Origin: Candidatus Poseidoniaceae archaeon
GTDB taxonomy: Archaea > Thermoplasmatota > Poseidoniia > Poseidoniales > Poseidoniaceae
DNA: 64,000 nucleotides
Assembly (NCBI GenBank): GCA_045568435.1
Contig: JBJLBB010000003.1
Location: forward strand, 2,509 to 66,508
Direction: 5' to 3'
Part shown: positions 36,261 to 46,156 of the stretch, one piece after another
Numbering within the stretch: the stretch's first letter is position 1
Layout: the number at the start of each line of letters is the position of its first letter
Translations under genes and position numbers: made by a program
Notes under the pieces: model-generated
What the model was told of the DNA's origin: nothing
Database searches by the model: none
Seen by the model: only the letters and a program-made list of their open reading frames with translations

Positions 36261-39200
36261 TTATTTCCATTTATTATTCAAATCAGGCAGAATCGGTGCT
36301 GAGCGAACATTGCTGAATTGAGAAGGAGGTGGCGGATGAAATCCTCCATTTGGTGGTTGCTTCGGAGGTTTGATTCCCGACCTACCTTGCCTTACCAAGA
36401 GTAAAACAACCAGTAATACAATGACTACAGAACCAGCAATAATACTTGCAATAGTTCCCATTTCAAGGCCGTTCTCAGACTTAGATCCACTTTCAGAATC
36501 TTTTGAATCATCTTCGATTACAGGTTCTGGAGGATGCCAAACAGTGTATGATAAATTCCAGGAATAACTAATCTGTCCGCCAGTATTGTCAGATATAATG
36601 ACAATAACCGGATAAGGTCCAACAGTTCCGTTTTGAGCGCATAGCACGGCACTAAAGCCAGTATTATTCTTCGAACAGTCAATTATCTCTTCATTCAGAC
36701 TCTCTTGTTGTGAAATTGTAGCTCCATTTCTTTTCCAAATATATTCCAATCCAACTTTATCCTTAATCGAATCTGTAAGATTTACTTCTAGCGATAATTG
36801 GAGTGGTTCAGAAGTTGAATTAATTGTGATATCAGAACTATTTGGGGCCATCAAATATTGATATCTGTTGATTCCATCATCTATTTGCTCATCACAGTCA
36901 TCATCAATTCCATTCCATAATTCGGTGGCACCAGGATAAATATTGATGTCTTCATCATTACATTCTTCAAACCATCTAAATCCATCACCATCTTCATCAA
37001 GGTCTGGAATAAGTGGATTAGTAGAGGTATTGAATATCTCATCTCCATCGCTTAATCCATCACCATCTGTGTCATTATTCAATGGGTCAGTGTATATATT
37101 ATTGAATTCTTCAAGGTCAGGAAGCCCATCTTGATCTCGGTCAAGTCCAATGAAATCTTCATCGATTTCTCCACTACAATTATTGTCAATCCCATCTAGT
37201 AATTCAACCATGTCAGGGTTTATTTGGTCATTTGTATCGTTACAATCTTGGAACCAATAATATCCATCCAAGTCAGTATCATTATCAAATACTAGAGGAT
37301 TACTTTGGTAGATTAGCACTTCATCTCCATCGCTTAACATGTCTCCATCAGTATCTTGTAGGTTTAGGTCTGTATTGAAGAAATGATACTCTCCAAAGTC
37401 GGTCAAACCATCAAAGTCAGTATCGCTTGAATTGAATCCTTCATCCCACTGCCCATCACAGTTTTCATCAATTCCATTGAGTAGTTCGATTGCCCCAGGA
37501 TATATGTTTGGGTCTGAGTCATTACAATCTTGGAACCAATAGAAGGTATCTCCATCTAAGTCTAGGTCAGGTACCAGAGGGTCAGTACCAAAAATAATAA
37601 CTTCTTGACCATCATTTAATCCATCACCATCTGTGTCGTTAACCAAAGGATTAGTACCGTTAACCAGTATTTCCCTTCCGTCATCTAGGCCATCTCCGTC
37701 GGTATCAATATTCAGGGGGTCAGTTCCGTAAACCTGTACTTCAAGTCCATCATTGACTTGGTCATCATCCGAATCAATATCGTCAGGGTCTGTACCGTAA
37801 ATATTGGTTTCATCAGAATTTGTTAGATTATCACCATCTCTATCTTGATTCAATTCAGTTCCATAGATATTTAATTCCCAATCATGGAATGTTCCATCAT
37901 CGCCATTGCCTTGGTCTTGTACACTTATTGTCCAAGTCCCGGTAGAATCTTCATCCCAATTGTGAACAGAGGTAAACATCCAATTATTCCAGTTATTTCC
38001 GCTATCACCATGTTTCTCTGACAATATACTTTGAGTTCCTTGTGGGCTTGTAAGAATTATTTCCAAGTCTCCTCTATAGTCATGTGATATATCTACAATG
38101 ACCTCAACATGTTCAACCTTTATCGATTCAGATACCGAAACAGAATCGGTTACTGCATTAGAATTATCAGGAATGTTGAGATTGTTCATATCAATATTTC
38201 CAGATAAGAAAGAGATTTCTTCATCGACATTATTCCAGTTCAATGCTAGATTGACCGCTGCACTAGCATCAACGACTCCAAATCCATACTTGTGGCTAAC
38301 GGTATGCCCTGCTCCATTGTTATACCATGAAGAATCGCTGGCATCATTTTTTCTGCAGGTTTGAACAAGGATGTGTTGTATGTCCCTATATGCTAAGTTT
38401 GGATTAGCATCCATCATCAGTGCAATGACTCCAGATGCAAGGGGTGTAGCAGAGGATGTACCACCAAAGCCATCGGTATAGTCTCCATTTTCATATCCTC
38501 CATTACCTTCGATGTCGGTAGTTGTAATACCTTCTCCATCTCCATCAGAAGGCGCAGCAACAAGGATATTGGCTCCTGGTTCTGCGTACCAAGATTGTTC
38601 ACCTTTGTGTGTTACAGCAGTTACTGCGATAGTATGTCGGCTATTTGCATACCCATCATAGTTTGAATTATCATCATCATCAAGTCCATTACCCGCAGCC
38701 CAAGTAATCACGTTACCTAAGCCACCTCGGCCTTGGTCAACATCGTTTTCAAATGCTGCCATCATCAATGGTCCGGGCGCTTCTACAGTCCTACCATTGT
38801 CGCTTGGCCCCCAAGAATTAGAATAGATATCTATCGATTGTCTTTCATGGCTTAATGCATTTCCTTCTCTAGTATCGGTTGTACTACAGGAAATTAATTG
38901 CAGTCCAGCAAGGCTTGCAAGAGGGGCTGCACCTGAGACTCCAATCGAATTATTTCCAGCAGCAGCAGCGACTCCAGCGGCTGAAGTTCCATGACCGTCA
39001 TTGAATGAAGGAGTAGGGTCTCCATCATTATTACAGAAATCATAGTCTAAAGTATCAGCATAATAATTGTCAAGGTCAGCATGATTCCAATCAAGACCAT
39101 CATCCACAATTCCGATAACAACTCCGCTACCTCTGTAGTTATTCCATGCTCCGGTAATATTGACATCTTCGCCACTGACTCCACCATTTGTTTGACCTGT

Positions 39201-39668
39201 ATTTTGAAGATGCCACTGGTCACCAAATAGCGAATCATCAGGAGTCCATTTTGGATTCATAGTCTTCTCAATCAAAGGATATGCAGTTTCAATAAATCCA
39301 TCTCTTTGCCATTCAGAGAAAATTTCGATGGCAATATCTGACTCAATGTCAACAATCCATACATTATCAAGATCTCTTGCCGCTTCTCCAACCGGATTAG
39401 AACTAACAACAACCCATTGACTTGTTTGTTCTAGTTGGGCATCAGTGTATTGAGATAAATCACTTACTCTTGCAAATGCCGACCTAACTGCTGGAGAGAA
39501 ATCATAGGTTATAGGTGCGTCATCCCAATTTTCTGAGAGAGGCGCTCCAATTTTTGGAGAATTACTTTCACTGTCCTCGCCAAAAACCGCCATAGGAGCA
39601 AGACTTGCTATCATCAAAATAGAGACGAGAGCAATCACACGCATTCTACTTCCTCCGGTCAATTCCAT
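36261..39668 (-). CDS. Kexin/furin-like S8 protease with P-domain, Ca-binding repeats and C-terminal TM
   Basis: DDG / HGTSAAG / GTSSATP triad; SNSWGP; YRDIQH..SHKYGFG; P-domain HDYRGDL..SPQGT; DTDGDGLxDGxE and DCND..IYPGAxEL.NGIDxxC repeats. Confidence 0.9.
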   Translation of the reverse strand: MELTGGSRMRVIALVSILMIASLAPMAVFGEDSESNSPKIGAPLSENWDDAPITYDFSPAVRSAFARVSDLSQYTDAQLEQTSQWVVVSSNPVGEAARDLDNVWIVDIESDIAIEIFSEWQRDGFIETAYPLIEKTMNPKWTPDDSLFGDQWHLQNTGQTNGGVSGEDVNITGAWNNYRGSGVVIGIVDDGLDWNHADLDNYYADTLDYDFCNNDGDPTPSFNDGHGTSAAGVAAAAGNNSIGVSGAAPLASLAGLQLISCSTTDTREGNALSHERQSIDIYSNSWGPSDNGRTVEAPGPLMMAAFENDVDQGRGGLGNVITWAAGNGLDDDDNSNYDGYANSRHTIAVTAVTHKGEQSWYAEPGANILVAAPSDGDGEGITTTDIEGNGGYENGDYTDGFGGTSSATPLASGVIALMMDANPNLAYRDIQHILVQTCRKNDASDSSWYNNGAGHTVSHKYGFGVVDASAAVNLALNWNNVDEEISFLSGNIDMNNLNIPDNSNAVTDSVSVSESIKVEHVEVIVDISHDYRGDLEIILTSPQGTQSILSEKHGDSGNNWNNWMFTSVHNWDEDSTGTWTISVQDQGNGDDGTFHDWELNIYGTELNQDRDGDNLTNSDETNIYGTDPDDIDSDDDQVNDGLEVQVYGTDPLNIDTDGDGLDDGREILVNGTNPLVNDTDGDGLNDGQEVIIFGTDPLVPDLDLDGDTFYWFQDCNDSDPNIYPGAIELLNGIDENCDGQWDEGFNSSDTDFDGLTDFGEYHFFNTDLNLQDTDGDMLSDGDEVLIYQSNPLVFDNDTDLDGYYWFQDCNDTNDQINPDMVELLDGIDNNCSGEIDEDFIGLDRDQDGLPDLEEFNNIYTDPLNNDTDGDGLSDGDEIFNTSTNPLIPDLDEDGDGFRWFEECNDEDINIYPGATELWNGIDDDCDEQIDDGINRYQYLMAPNSSDITINSTSEPLQLSLEVNLTDSIKDKVGLEYIWKRNGATISQQESLNEEIIDCSKNNTGFSAVLCAQNGTVGPYPVIVIISDNTGGQISYSWNLSYTVWHPPEPVIEDDSKDSESGSKSENGLEMGTIASIIAGSVVIVLLVVLLLVRQGRSGIKPPKQPPNGGFHPPPPSQFSNVRSAPILPDLNNKWK

Positions 39669-39745
39669 ATTAGGACTATTGGTTTATTGTACGCCCAATA
39701 CTGTCCAAATCACCACAATTTGGATTTAAACAGTTGTTTGTAATT

Positions 39746-41632
39746 CTAAATGTCAAGTTGGGCTGAAAATGTAATTTCTTCAGGCTTTTCTACGGCCACC
39801 AAGGCGCGAATGCTGTGCTCCTTGCGCAGATATTCGGGTGCTGCTGCAACCTTGACACGACTATTACCAATCGATAATTGATGACCAGGAGAAATACTAA
39901 ATTCACCATCCGGAAGCCAAAAGCCAATCACTCCTAACTCTAAATGATTAGAAACAACGAGATTGTGCCCTTCTTCATCAACTTCCATTCTAATAACAGT
40001 TAATGGGGAATTATCAGGTAATAGTTTCGATGCCGGTTGCCAATCATCCCATGTATCATCCAAAGGTTTGGCTAATTCTTCAGCTTGCTTCTCGATATTC
40101 GATATTTGTTCTTCAAATGCTTCAGAGCTTGATTTATCTAAATTATTCAAACCATCGATGTAAAGTCGCAGGCTTTCATTTTGCTGACTTTCTTTGTCGG
40201 TTAGGGCAGAATTTGCTAAAACCATCGATTCCGCTAATTTTCCCATCGAGTCTCTATCATCGACTTCAATTGCACATTCCATGGCTTCGTCAAGAACTTC
40301 AATAGCAAGCCCTGCCTCATCTATGGCCAGAAGATTACTTCCTAAGTTGTAAAGAATCGAAGCCGACTTTTTCTTATCTTCCTTGATTATTTGATGAGCA
40401 ATATCAATGTGAGAGTTTGCTGTTTTATGATTCTTAGCCAAGTGGTTCATGATGCCAGCGCATACCACATATGGCAATCTATCTTCTTTGATTGCCTGTG
40501 CTTGACGGTCTGCTGTTTCAAAGAGGCTCGCCGCCCTTTCCCATTTTTGCGCGACCAATGCGAGTAAACCCAACTGATACATAGCTCTCATCTCAGCACC
40601 TCTATCATCGATTAAGGTTGCACTTTGTAGTGCTCTTGCGAGATGAAGTTTTGCTAAATTCAAATTGCCCGACATCTTTGCTAACATACCGAGAGCAGAC
40701 TCCATTCGATATACATGACCAGCCATGGCTCTATGGGCTATTTCTGCCGAAGATTCATCTAAAGGTGCTAATCCAAGTCCTATACTCTCAAGCACCTGAC
40801 TCATTTCTTCGATACCTGAATTATATATTTCGGCAACATCTGAAATGCTATGCTTCTCTGAAATCGATTTCAAGAAAACATCAAACTCTCTTATCGGTTC
40901 ACAAACCGTGGTCAAGACTCCCAGTGAGTTGATATGAGATTTTTTGACATCCCCGCCTAACAGGTATTTCCTCAGCGCTCTAATCAATTTTTGATTTGAT
41001 GTTGTTTCTGATGTGTTTGATACTATGGTTTTGATATCTCCTTTTGTATCAAGAAGTGAATCTACCATCCAAGTTAACTTTGCTTGAATATCATATTCTC
41101 CAGCACGACTAATCGCGTATCGCATCTCAGCCGCTCTAACTCTTCTAGAAAGACTGTTTAGACCTGAACGTGCTTGTTTTGGTCCGATTTCTGCCAACCT
41201 TTGTATGAATGTAGAAGGCGGACAGGTTGAGAAACCAAGGTTGACTTTTTGACTTGTAGTTGTCATTTTGAAATCATCGGTTACCAAGGTGACTTCTCTT
41301 CCTTCTTTGGAAAGTTTTGATGCCAATACCATCAAAGAAAGGTCAACATCTTGAGGTGACGCTCTCTCACCAATTTGAGACGCAAGCCCACGTATCTGGG
41401 AATCTTCAACACTAATTGTTGTCAATAGAGGTTTTAGCGAAGAGAGCAAATTGGGTTGTTTTTTCCATCGCTGAAATCGAACATTTCGAACTTCATCATG
41501 AACGCCAGGGGTGACATACATGCCTTCTGATGGTAGAATTTTCCCTAGGTCTCTTACAAAAGAATCTGGAGCCATAGAGCCAAGATGAATAAAACAGTTC
41601 GAGTCCACTACCCATGTCTGCGTCATGGACAT
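39746..41632 (-). CDS. PIN-domain protein fused to TPR-like helical repeats
   Basis: VVDSNCF...VHDEV...DVDLSL...LVTDDF acidic PIN residues; Ala/Leu helical repeats downstream. Confidence 0.7.
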   Translation of the reverse strand: MSMTQTWVVDSNCFIHLGSMAPDSFVRDLGKILPSEGMYVTPGVHDEVRNVRFQRWKKQPNLLSSLKPLLTTISVEDSQIRGLASQIGERASPQDVDLSLMVLASKLSKEGREVTLVTDDFKMTTTSQKVNLGFSTCPPSTFIQRLAEIGPKQARSGLNSLSRRVRAAEMRYAISRAGEYDIQAKLTWMVDSLLDTKGDIKTIVSNTSETTSNQKLIRALRKYLLGGDVKKSHINSLGVLTTVCEPIREFDVFLKSISEKHSISDVAEIYNSGIEEMSQVLESIGLGLAPLDESSAEIAHRAMAGHVYRMESALGMLAKMSGNLNLAKLHLARALQSATLIDDRGAEMRAMYQLGLLALVAQKWERAASLFETADRQAQAIKEDRLPYVVCAGIMNHLAKNHKTANSHIDIAHQIIKEDKKKSASILYNLGSNLLAIDEAGLAIEVLDEAMECAIEVDDRDSMGKLAESMVLANSALTDKESQQNESLRLYIDGLNNLDKSSSEAFEEQISNIEKQAEELAKPLDDTWDDWQPASKLLPDNSPLTVIRMEVDEEGHNLVVSNHLELGVIGFWLPDGEFSISPGHQLSIGNSRVKVAAAPEYLRKEHSIRALVAVEKPEEITFSAQLDI

Positions 41633-41738
41633 TCCATAACTTCCCATTGATTGAGTTTTACTCAAGAGATTCATTATTTTTTAGAAATCATGCGGTATCT
41701 CAAAAAGTCAATCCAACTTGGTGATACATAGTGGTAAG

Positions 41739-42140
41739 ATGACAAAGAAGACAAAGAGTCGTGATTTAGACCACCTTATGGAACAAAATGACACTGAACT
41801 CTCATTTCTCTCAGCCTATGGAGGTCTATCTAATGATGAGGAAGACCCTAGCAGTATTTACTCAGCAGTGAAGCGTTTTCTAAAGGCTGGAGGAGTTTCG
41901 TTCGAAGAAAAAAAGCAACGAATTGATTTCGAATTTGGTTATGCTCAATGCGTTGAAAAGGGTTGTAAAATTTATTTCAAAGGACGTAGCCTTCCTCTGG
42001 TTAATAGTGATTTGATACAAAACGGCTTTATCGATGGGAAATTACCTGTAAGGAGAGGCTCTTGCACAGTTACCATTCAGTTATGGGATAATGAACAACG
42101 CCGATTTATCGAACGTCTTGTTGAACACATCAAGAAATAA
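41739..42140 (+). CDS. Hypothetical protein
   Basis: 133-aa ORF with stop abutting the convergent gene. Confidence 0.6.
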   Translation: MTKKTKSRDLDHLMEQNDTELSFLSAYGGLSNDEEDPSSIYSAVKRFLKAGGVSFEEKKQRIDFEFGYAQCVEKGCKIYFKGRSLPLVNSDLIQNGFIDGKLPVRRGSCTVTIQLWDNEQRRFIERLVEHIKK

Positions 42141-42650
42141 TTAGCCTTCCATTTCCCAAAGTTCATCACCAACCCAATGCAGAGTTTTGATGCCTTTGCC
42201 TTTGGTTGCTGATGCCATTTCATTACCATCCATCACAGACCAGCCTATTGCAAGCGGTTTCTTGTGAGTCATATCTCTAATCCAAACCAATTCCCCCTTG
42301 ACTATATTTTCATCAGCAGCTTGCACTCCTGCCACCATACAATCAGCACCATTCATCAAAAAGGGAATTGCCCCATGGTCAACTTCAACCCATTTACCTG
42401 CTTCAGGATAGTCGAGGAAACCACGTAATGTGAGGAAAGTAAATCTTTGATTTTCTTCGTCTTTAACTTCAACCGTTTTTGCAACTTTGTCTACAAAAAC
42501 CATTTGCCAAGACCCATATTCGGCCATTTCCAAAAATGCTCCATCTACGGATAGGTCGATCTGCAAAGATTCTTCCAACTCTTTTAGGAGTGGAGCGATA
42601 TTCTTTCTTCTGACAGGCCTTCGCTTACGGATAGTCCATTCCTTGCTCAT
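42141..42650 (-). CDS. PUA-domain RNA-binding protein (MCT-1/Tma20, DUF1947 type)
   Basis: VDHGAIPFLMNGADCMVAG...KGIKTLHWVGDELW. Confidence 0.88.
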   Translation of the reverse strand: MSKEWTIRKRRPVRRKNIAPLLKELEESLQIDLSVDGAFLEMAEYGSWQMVFVDKVAKTVEVKDEENQRFTFLTLRGFLDYPEAGKWVEVDHGAIPFLMNGADCMVAGVQAADENIVKGELVWIRDMTHKKPLAIGWSVMDGNEMASATKGKGIKTLHWVGDELWEMEG

Positions 42651-42727
42651 ATCATGGCCTTTCCCTCATGGTCTTTGACAGTTTTTACCATCGCGGGTTT
42701 GATGTGCCGAATATATCTGGCATCATC

Positions 42728-43336
42728 ATGGCCCTATGGTGTTCAATCCGAACTTTTGCTAAACATGCAAGTGAACTTGGTAATCAGCAACCAGCAGAAC
42801 CGATTTTTTTTGTTAAGCCAAATAATTGTATACAAACCGAAGGAGATATTCAAGTTAGTACTCATCCAGGAAGCGTACATCATGAGGTAGAGTGTGTAAT
42901 TCGTTTAAATCAAGATTTACAGATAGATGCTATTGCCGTAGGGCTGGATTTAACCGATAGAGATACTCAATCGAAATTAAGGCAAGAACAGTTACCTTGG
43001 TCGAAAGGAAAATGTTTCCGTGCTAGTGCAGTTTTAGGTAATTTTGTTAATTGGAGCGGTTCTTTCGAGTCATTATGTGACCCATCAAATTATCTTCAAT
43101 TAGAACTAATAGTCAATGATGAAGTGAGGCAAAGAGAATTATTATCTTCGATGAGTATTACTCCCTCAGAACAATATGAGGACTTAATTCGCTGGGCACC
43201 AATTCAATCAGGTGATTATTTATTCACTGGTACTCCTTCCGGAGTAGCACAATTATTTCCCGGTGATAAACTCAAAGCCACTCTTCAAACCACTGACGGA
43301 GAGGTTATTTCCACTATTGAGTCGGTTTGTGTATGA
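42728..43336 (+). CDS. Fumarylacetoacetate hydrolase family protein
   Basis: PIFFVKP, HHEVE, GLDLTDRDTQ, GDYLFTGTPSGV. Confidence 0.9.
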   Translation: MALWCSIRTFAKHASELGNQQPAEPIFFVKPNNCIQTEGDIQVSTHPGSVHHEVECVIRLNQDLQIDAIAVGLDLTDRDTQSKLRQEQLPWSKGKCFRASAVLGNFVNWSGSFESLCDPSNYLQLELIVNDEVRQRELLSSMSITPSEQYEDLIRWAPIQSGDYLFTGTPSGVAQLFPGDKLKATLQTTDGEVISTIESVCV

Positions 43337-43391
43337 GGGTTGATTTCATATATGGCTCGTTTCTCGGTGTGTCCTGCAAGGAGACTTAATC

Positions 43392-43772
43392 ATGGCTCAA
43401 TGGCACGGAATCTCAAGACGCAAACCTAGCGGTGGTCGAAAAGTACAGGCTCGCGGTAAGCGTTCTACTGAAATATCAACAGAGAAGCAATTGGCTTTGA
43501 TTGGAGAATCTAAAACTAAAATCTACCGTAGAACCGGTGGAAATACTTTGGTTCGTGTACTTGCAGCTGACAAAGTTTCAATCAATGACCCAAAAACCGG
43601 TAAAACATCTCTTGGCACAATTGAAAATGTTGTAGAGAATGAATCGGACCCTAACTATGTTCGTAGAAACGTTTTGGTCAAGGGAGCAATCATCGAAACC
43701 GACAAAGGTCGTGTAAAAATCACATCCCGTCCTGGTAAGGATGGAGTCATAAATGGCATTCTTGTTGAATGA
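43392..43772 (+). CDS. rps8e: 30S ribosomal protein S8e
   Basis: SRRKPSGG, RTGGN, YVRRNVLVKGAII, TSRPGKDGVING. Confidence 0.95.
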   Translation: MAQWHGISRRKPSGGRKVQARGKRSTEISTEKQLALIGESKTKIYRRTGGNTLVRVLAADKVSINDPKTGKTSLGTIENVVENESDPNYVRRNVLVKGAIIETDKGRVKITSRPGKDGVINGILVE

Positions 43773-43817
43773 ATGCGTTTATCAGTTCAACACATTTCCC
43801 TATTATTGGTGAGATAA

Positions 43818-44273
43818 GTGGACCACAATCCTGACCGATTATCGATTTGGCCCGGATATTTCGACATCCGTGTTTCAAGACGTAACGGACGTAGAGTTCC
43901 AAAAGACTCCTCAGTCATCAAACCAGACCTTGAAGGATTATTCATGGCAGCTAGGAAAGTTGGCCTAAAGAAAATCAAACGGGAAGAAGATTCCAGTCAT
44001 CCAAAACGCCCACATGGAAAGGAAGGCAGGCTCTGGGTCAGTAGATCGGGCGCAAAACAGTCAATCGGTGCAAATAGCAAAGAGGAATTACTCCAGTTGA
44101 TTGGAGGAGAATGGCGTCAAATCCAGAGGTCGCTCAAAGACGCAGATGCAAAGAGAGTTGCAGCAGGCCCTCAAACAGGAGACCGTCGCGCTCGCTCGCA
44201 AAGAAAATCTCGCACACAAAGTCAACCAAATCAAAAGAGCAGTTTCAAGAAACGAGGCTTCAAGAAGCGCTGA
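43818..44273 (+). CDS. srp19: Signal recognition particle 19 kDa protein
   Basis: IWPGYFD..VSRRNGRRVPK..HPKR..GR; basic C-terminal tail; follows rps8e. Confidence 0.88.
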   Translation: MDHNPDRLSIWPGYFDIRVSRRNGRRVPKDSSVIKPDLEGLFMAARKVGLKKIKREEDSSHPKRPHGKEGRLWVSRSGAKQSIGANSKEELLQLIGGEWRQIQRSLKDADAKRVAAGPQTGDRRARSQRKSRTQSQPNQKSSFKKRGFKKR

Positions 44274-45293
44274 TCACAGTGGGACTTCGTGTAACCAACC
44301 AAAGATATCTTCTTCGGTTTCATTTTGAATACCGACTAATTGATTATACAACTTGGTAGTTAATTCTCCAGGTTTACCATTTCCATATTCGGCTTTATTG
44401 TCACCTTTAGTAATTGAGCCAATTGGTGAAATTACCGCAGCAGTACCACAACAAAATGCTTCATCAGCATTCATTGCAAATTCGGCAGTTACTTTGGTTT
44501 CATGCACCTCAATTCCGTTATGTCTTGCTAATTTAATCAAACTATCTCTAGTGATTCCAGGAAGAATAGTTCCGGTTAATTCAGGAGTGTAAAGTACGCC
44601 ATCTTTGACACAGAAGAAATTGGCAGCGCCAACCTCTTCAATACATGTATGAGTTTCAGCATCGAGATAAATTACTTCAGCATATCCGTCTGCTTTCGCC
44701 TTTTTACTTGGCATCATTCCTGGTGCGTAATTTCCAATCGCCTTAACTCCACCAGAACCGCCAGGGGCTGCTCTATGGTGCTCTTCAGAAATCACTAGAT
44801 TTATCGCAGTCACGCCACCTTTGAAGTATGGGCCTACAGGAGTGACATAAACCAAAAAGCGGTAAGTGGGGGCAGGGGCGACTCCAAGAATTGGTCCAGA
44901 GCCCATCAATAGTGGACGGACATACATTGCCCCTCTACCGCTTGGGGGTAACCATCGAAGATTTTGTTGAACACATTGTTCAACTGCATCGATAAAAATT
45001 GATTCAGGTACAGGTGGCATCTTCAAACGGTCTGCACCTCTTTGCATTCTTCTAGCATTTTCCTCTGGCCTAAAAAAGACCACTCTGTCCTTTGAGGTTC
45101 GGTATGCTTTCATTCCTTCAAACAGCCCTTGGCCATAGTTCAAAACACCGGCAGCCGGAGAGATTTTCATATCGCCATATGGCATCAAATCTCCAGGAGT
45201 CCAAGGTTCATCTATCGCTGTTTCAGTGATGTACATAGTGTCGGTTGGGGTAAGAGAAAAAGTCAAACTATCCCAGTCAATTTCTTCGCTCAT
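44274..45293 (-). CDS. ilvE: Branched-chain amino acid aminotransferase
   Basis: YGQGLFEGMKAY, LYVRP-like motif, KAIGNYA, EEVGAANFF, ILPGITR, GTAAVISP. Confidence 0.93.
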   Translation of the reverse strand: MSEEIDWDSLTFSLTPTDTMYITETAIDEPWTPGDLMPYGDMKISPAAGVLNYGQGLFEGMKAYRTSKDRVVFFRPEENARRMQRGADRLKMPPVPESIFIDAVEQCVQQNLRWLPPSGRGAMYVRPLLMGSGPILGVAPAPTYRFLVYVTPVGPYFKGGVTAINLVISEEHHRAAPGGSGGVKAIGNYAPGMMPSKKAKADGYAEVIYLDAETHTCIEEVGAANFFCVKDGVLYTPELTGTILPGITRDSLIKLARHNGIEVHETKVTAEFAMNADEAFCCGTAAVISPIGSITKGDNKAEYGNGKPGELTTKLYNQLVGIQNETEEDIFGWLHEVPL

Positions 45294-45412
45294 ACTAACC
45301 CCAACATGATGCCCATAGAAATCCGGCTTTCAATCATTACTGTTGGTAAAGTATGCTGATATGCCGATTATTCTAGTAAATATTCAATATCCCTCAGCCA
45401 TCCAATTAATTC

Positions 45413-46105
45413 ATGAGCCAACCATCTCTTGAGGAAATGACCTCGACTTTGGCAGTGAAAATGGAAGAGGTCGGTGCACCTCTTGGGATAGCAATCTTAG
45501 GACTTTCAATTCTACTATTTCTACAAGGGCATCGCAGATTACCTTTGGTATCTTTCATAATCGGGGCAGCAATTGGATATTACCTATCTCCAGAAATCAC
45601 GCCATTAGCCGAAGAATTAGGTATATCATTATCCGCTACACAGATCACAGGTATTCTCTGCTTTTTCATTGGAATGGTGCTCTCAGCACTCGTTCGTATG
45701 TCGACTAGAATGCTTACTTCTGCATTTATATTCATAACTTTTTCAACCGGTATCCAAACACTTGGTAATTATGGGTTTGATGTTGAAAGGAGTAATCTTT
45801 GGAGTGGAATTGCAGCACTAGCAGCCTTTTTCCTAACAATGGGAATAAATCGTTTACTACCTATGATAGTATCAGCAATATTTGCCGCCTATGGCTGTTT
45901 AATAGCCACCTTACTGTTGACTGGAAATCCTCTTTCTACATTCGAACCAGTAGAGGTAAAGACCTTTGTATTGATGGTACCAATTTTTGTGTTAAGCATT
46001 TTCTTACAGCGAATAGATGTTCAAAAATTAGAGGAAAGAGAGTTGGCAAAAGAAGCCCCAGACCCAGAATATGTCGAAGCACAGCAGCATTTTATTCCTC
46101 TTTGA
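45413..46105 (+). CDS. Hypothetical multi-pass membrane protein (DUF4203-like)
   Basis: About seven hydrophobic segments. Confidence 0.65.
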   Translation: MSQPSLEEMTSTLAVKMEEVGAPLGIAILGLSILLFLQGHRRLPLVSFIIGAAIGYYLSPEITPLAEELGISLSATQITGILCFFIGMVLSALVRMSTRMLTSAFIFITFSTGIQTLGNYGFDVERSNLWSGIAALAAFFLTMGINRLLPMIVSAIFAAYGCLIATLLLTGNPLSTFEPVEVKTFVLMVPIFVLSIFLQRIDVQKLEERELAKEAPDPEYVEAQQHFIPL

Positions 46106-46156
46106 AAATACGAAGTGCCATAGTGCCTCGCCAATCTGCTTGTATTGGGCAGAGCC

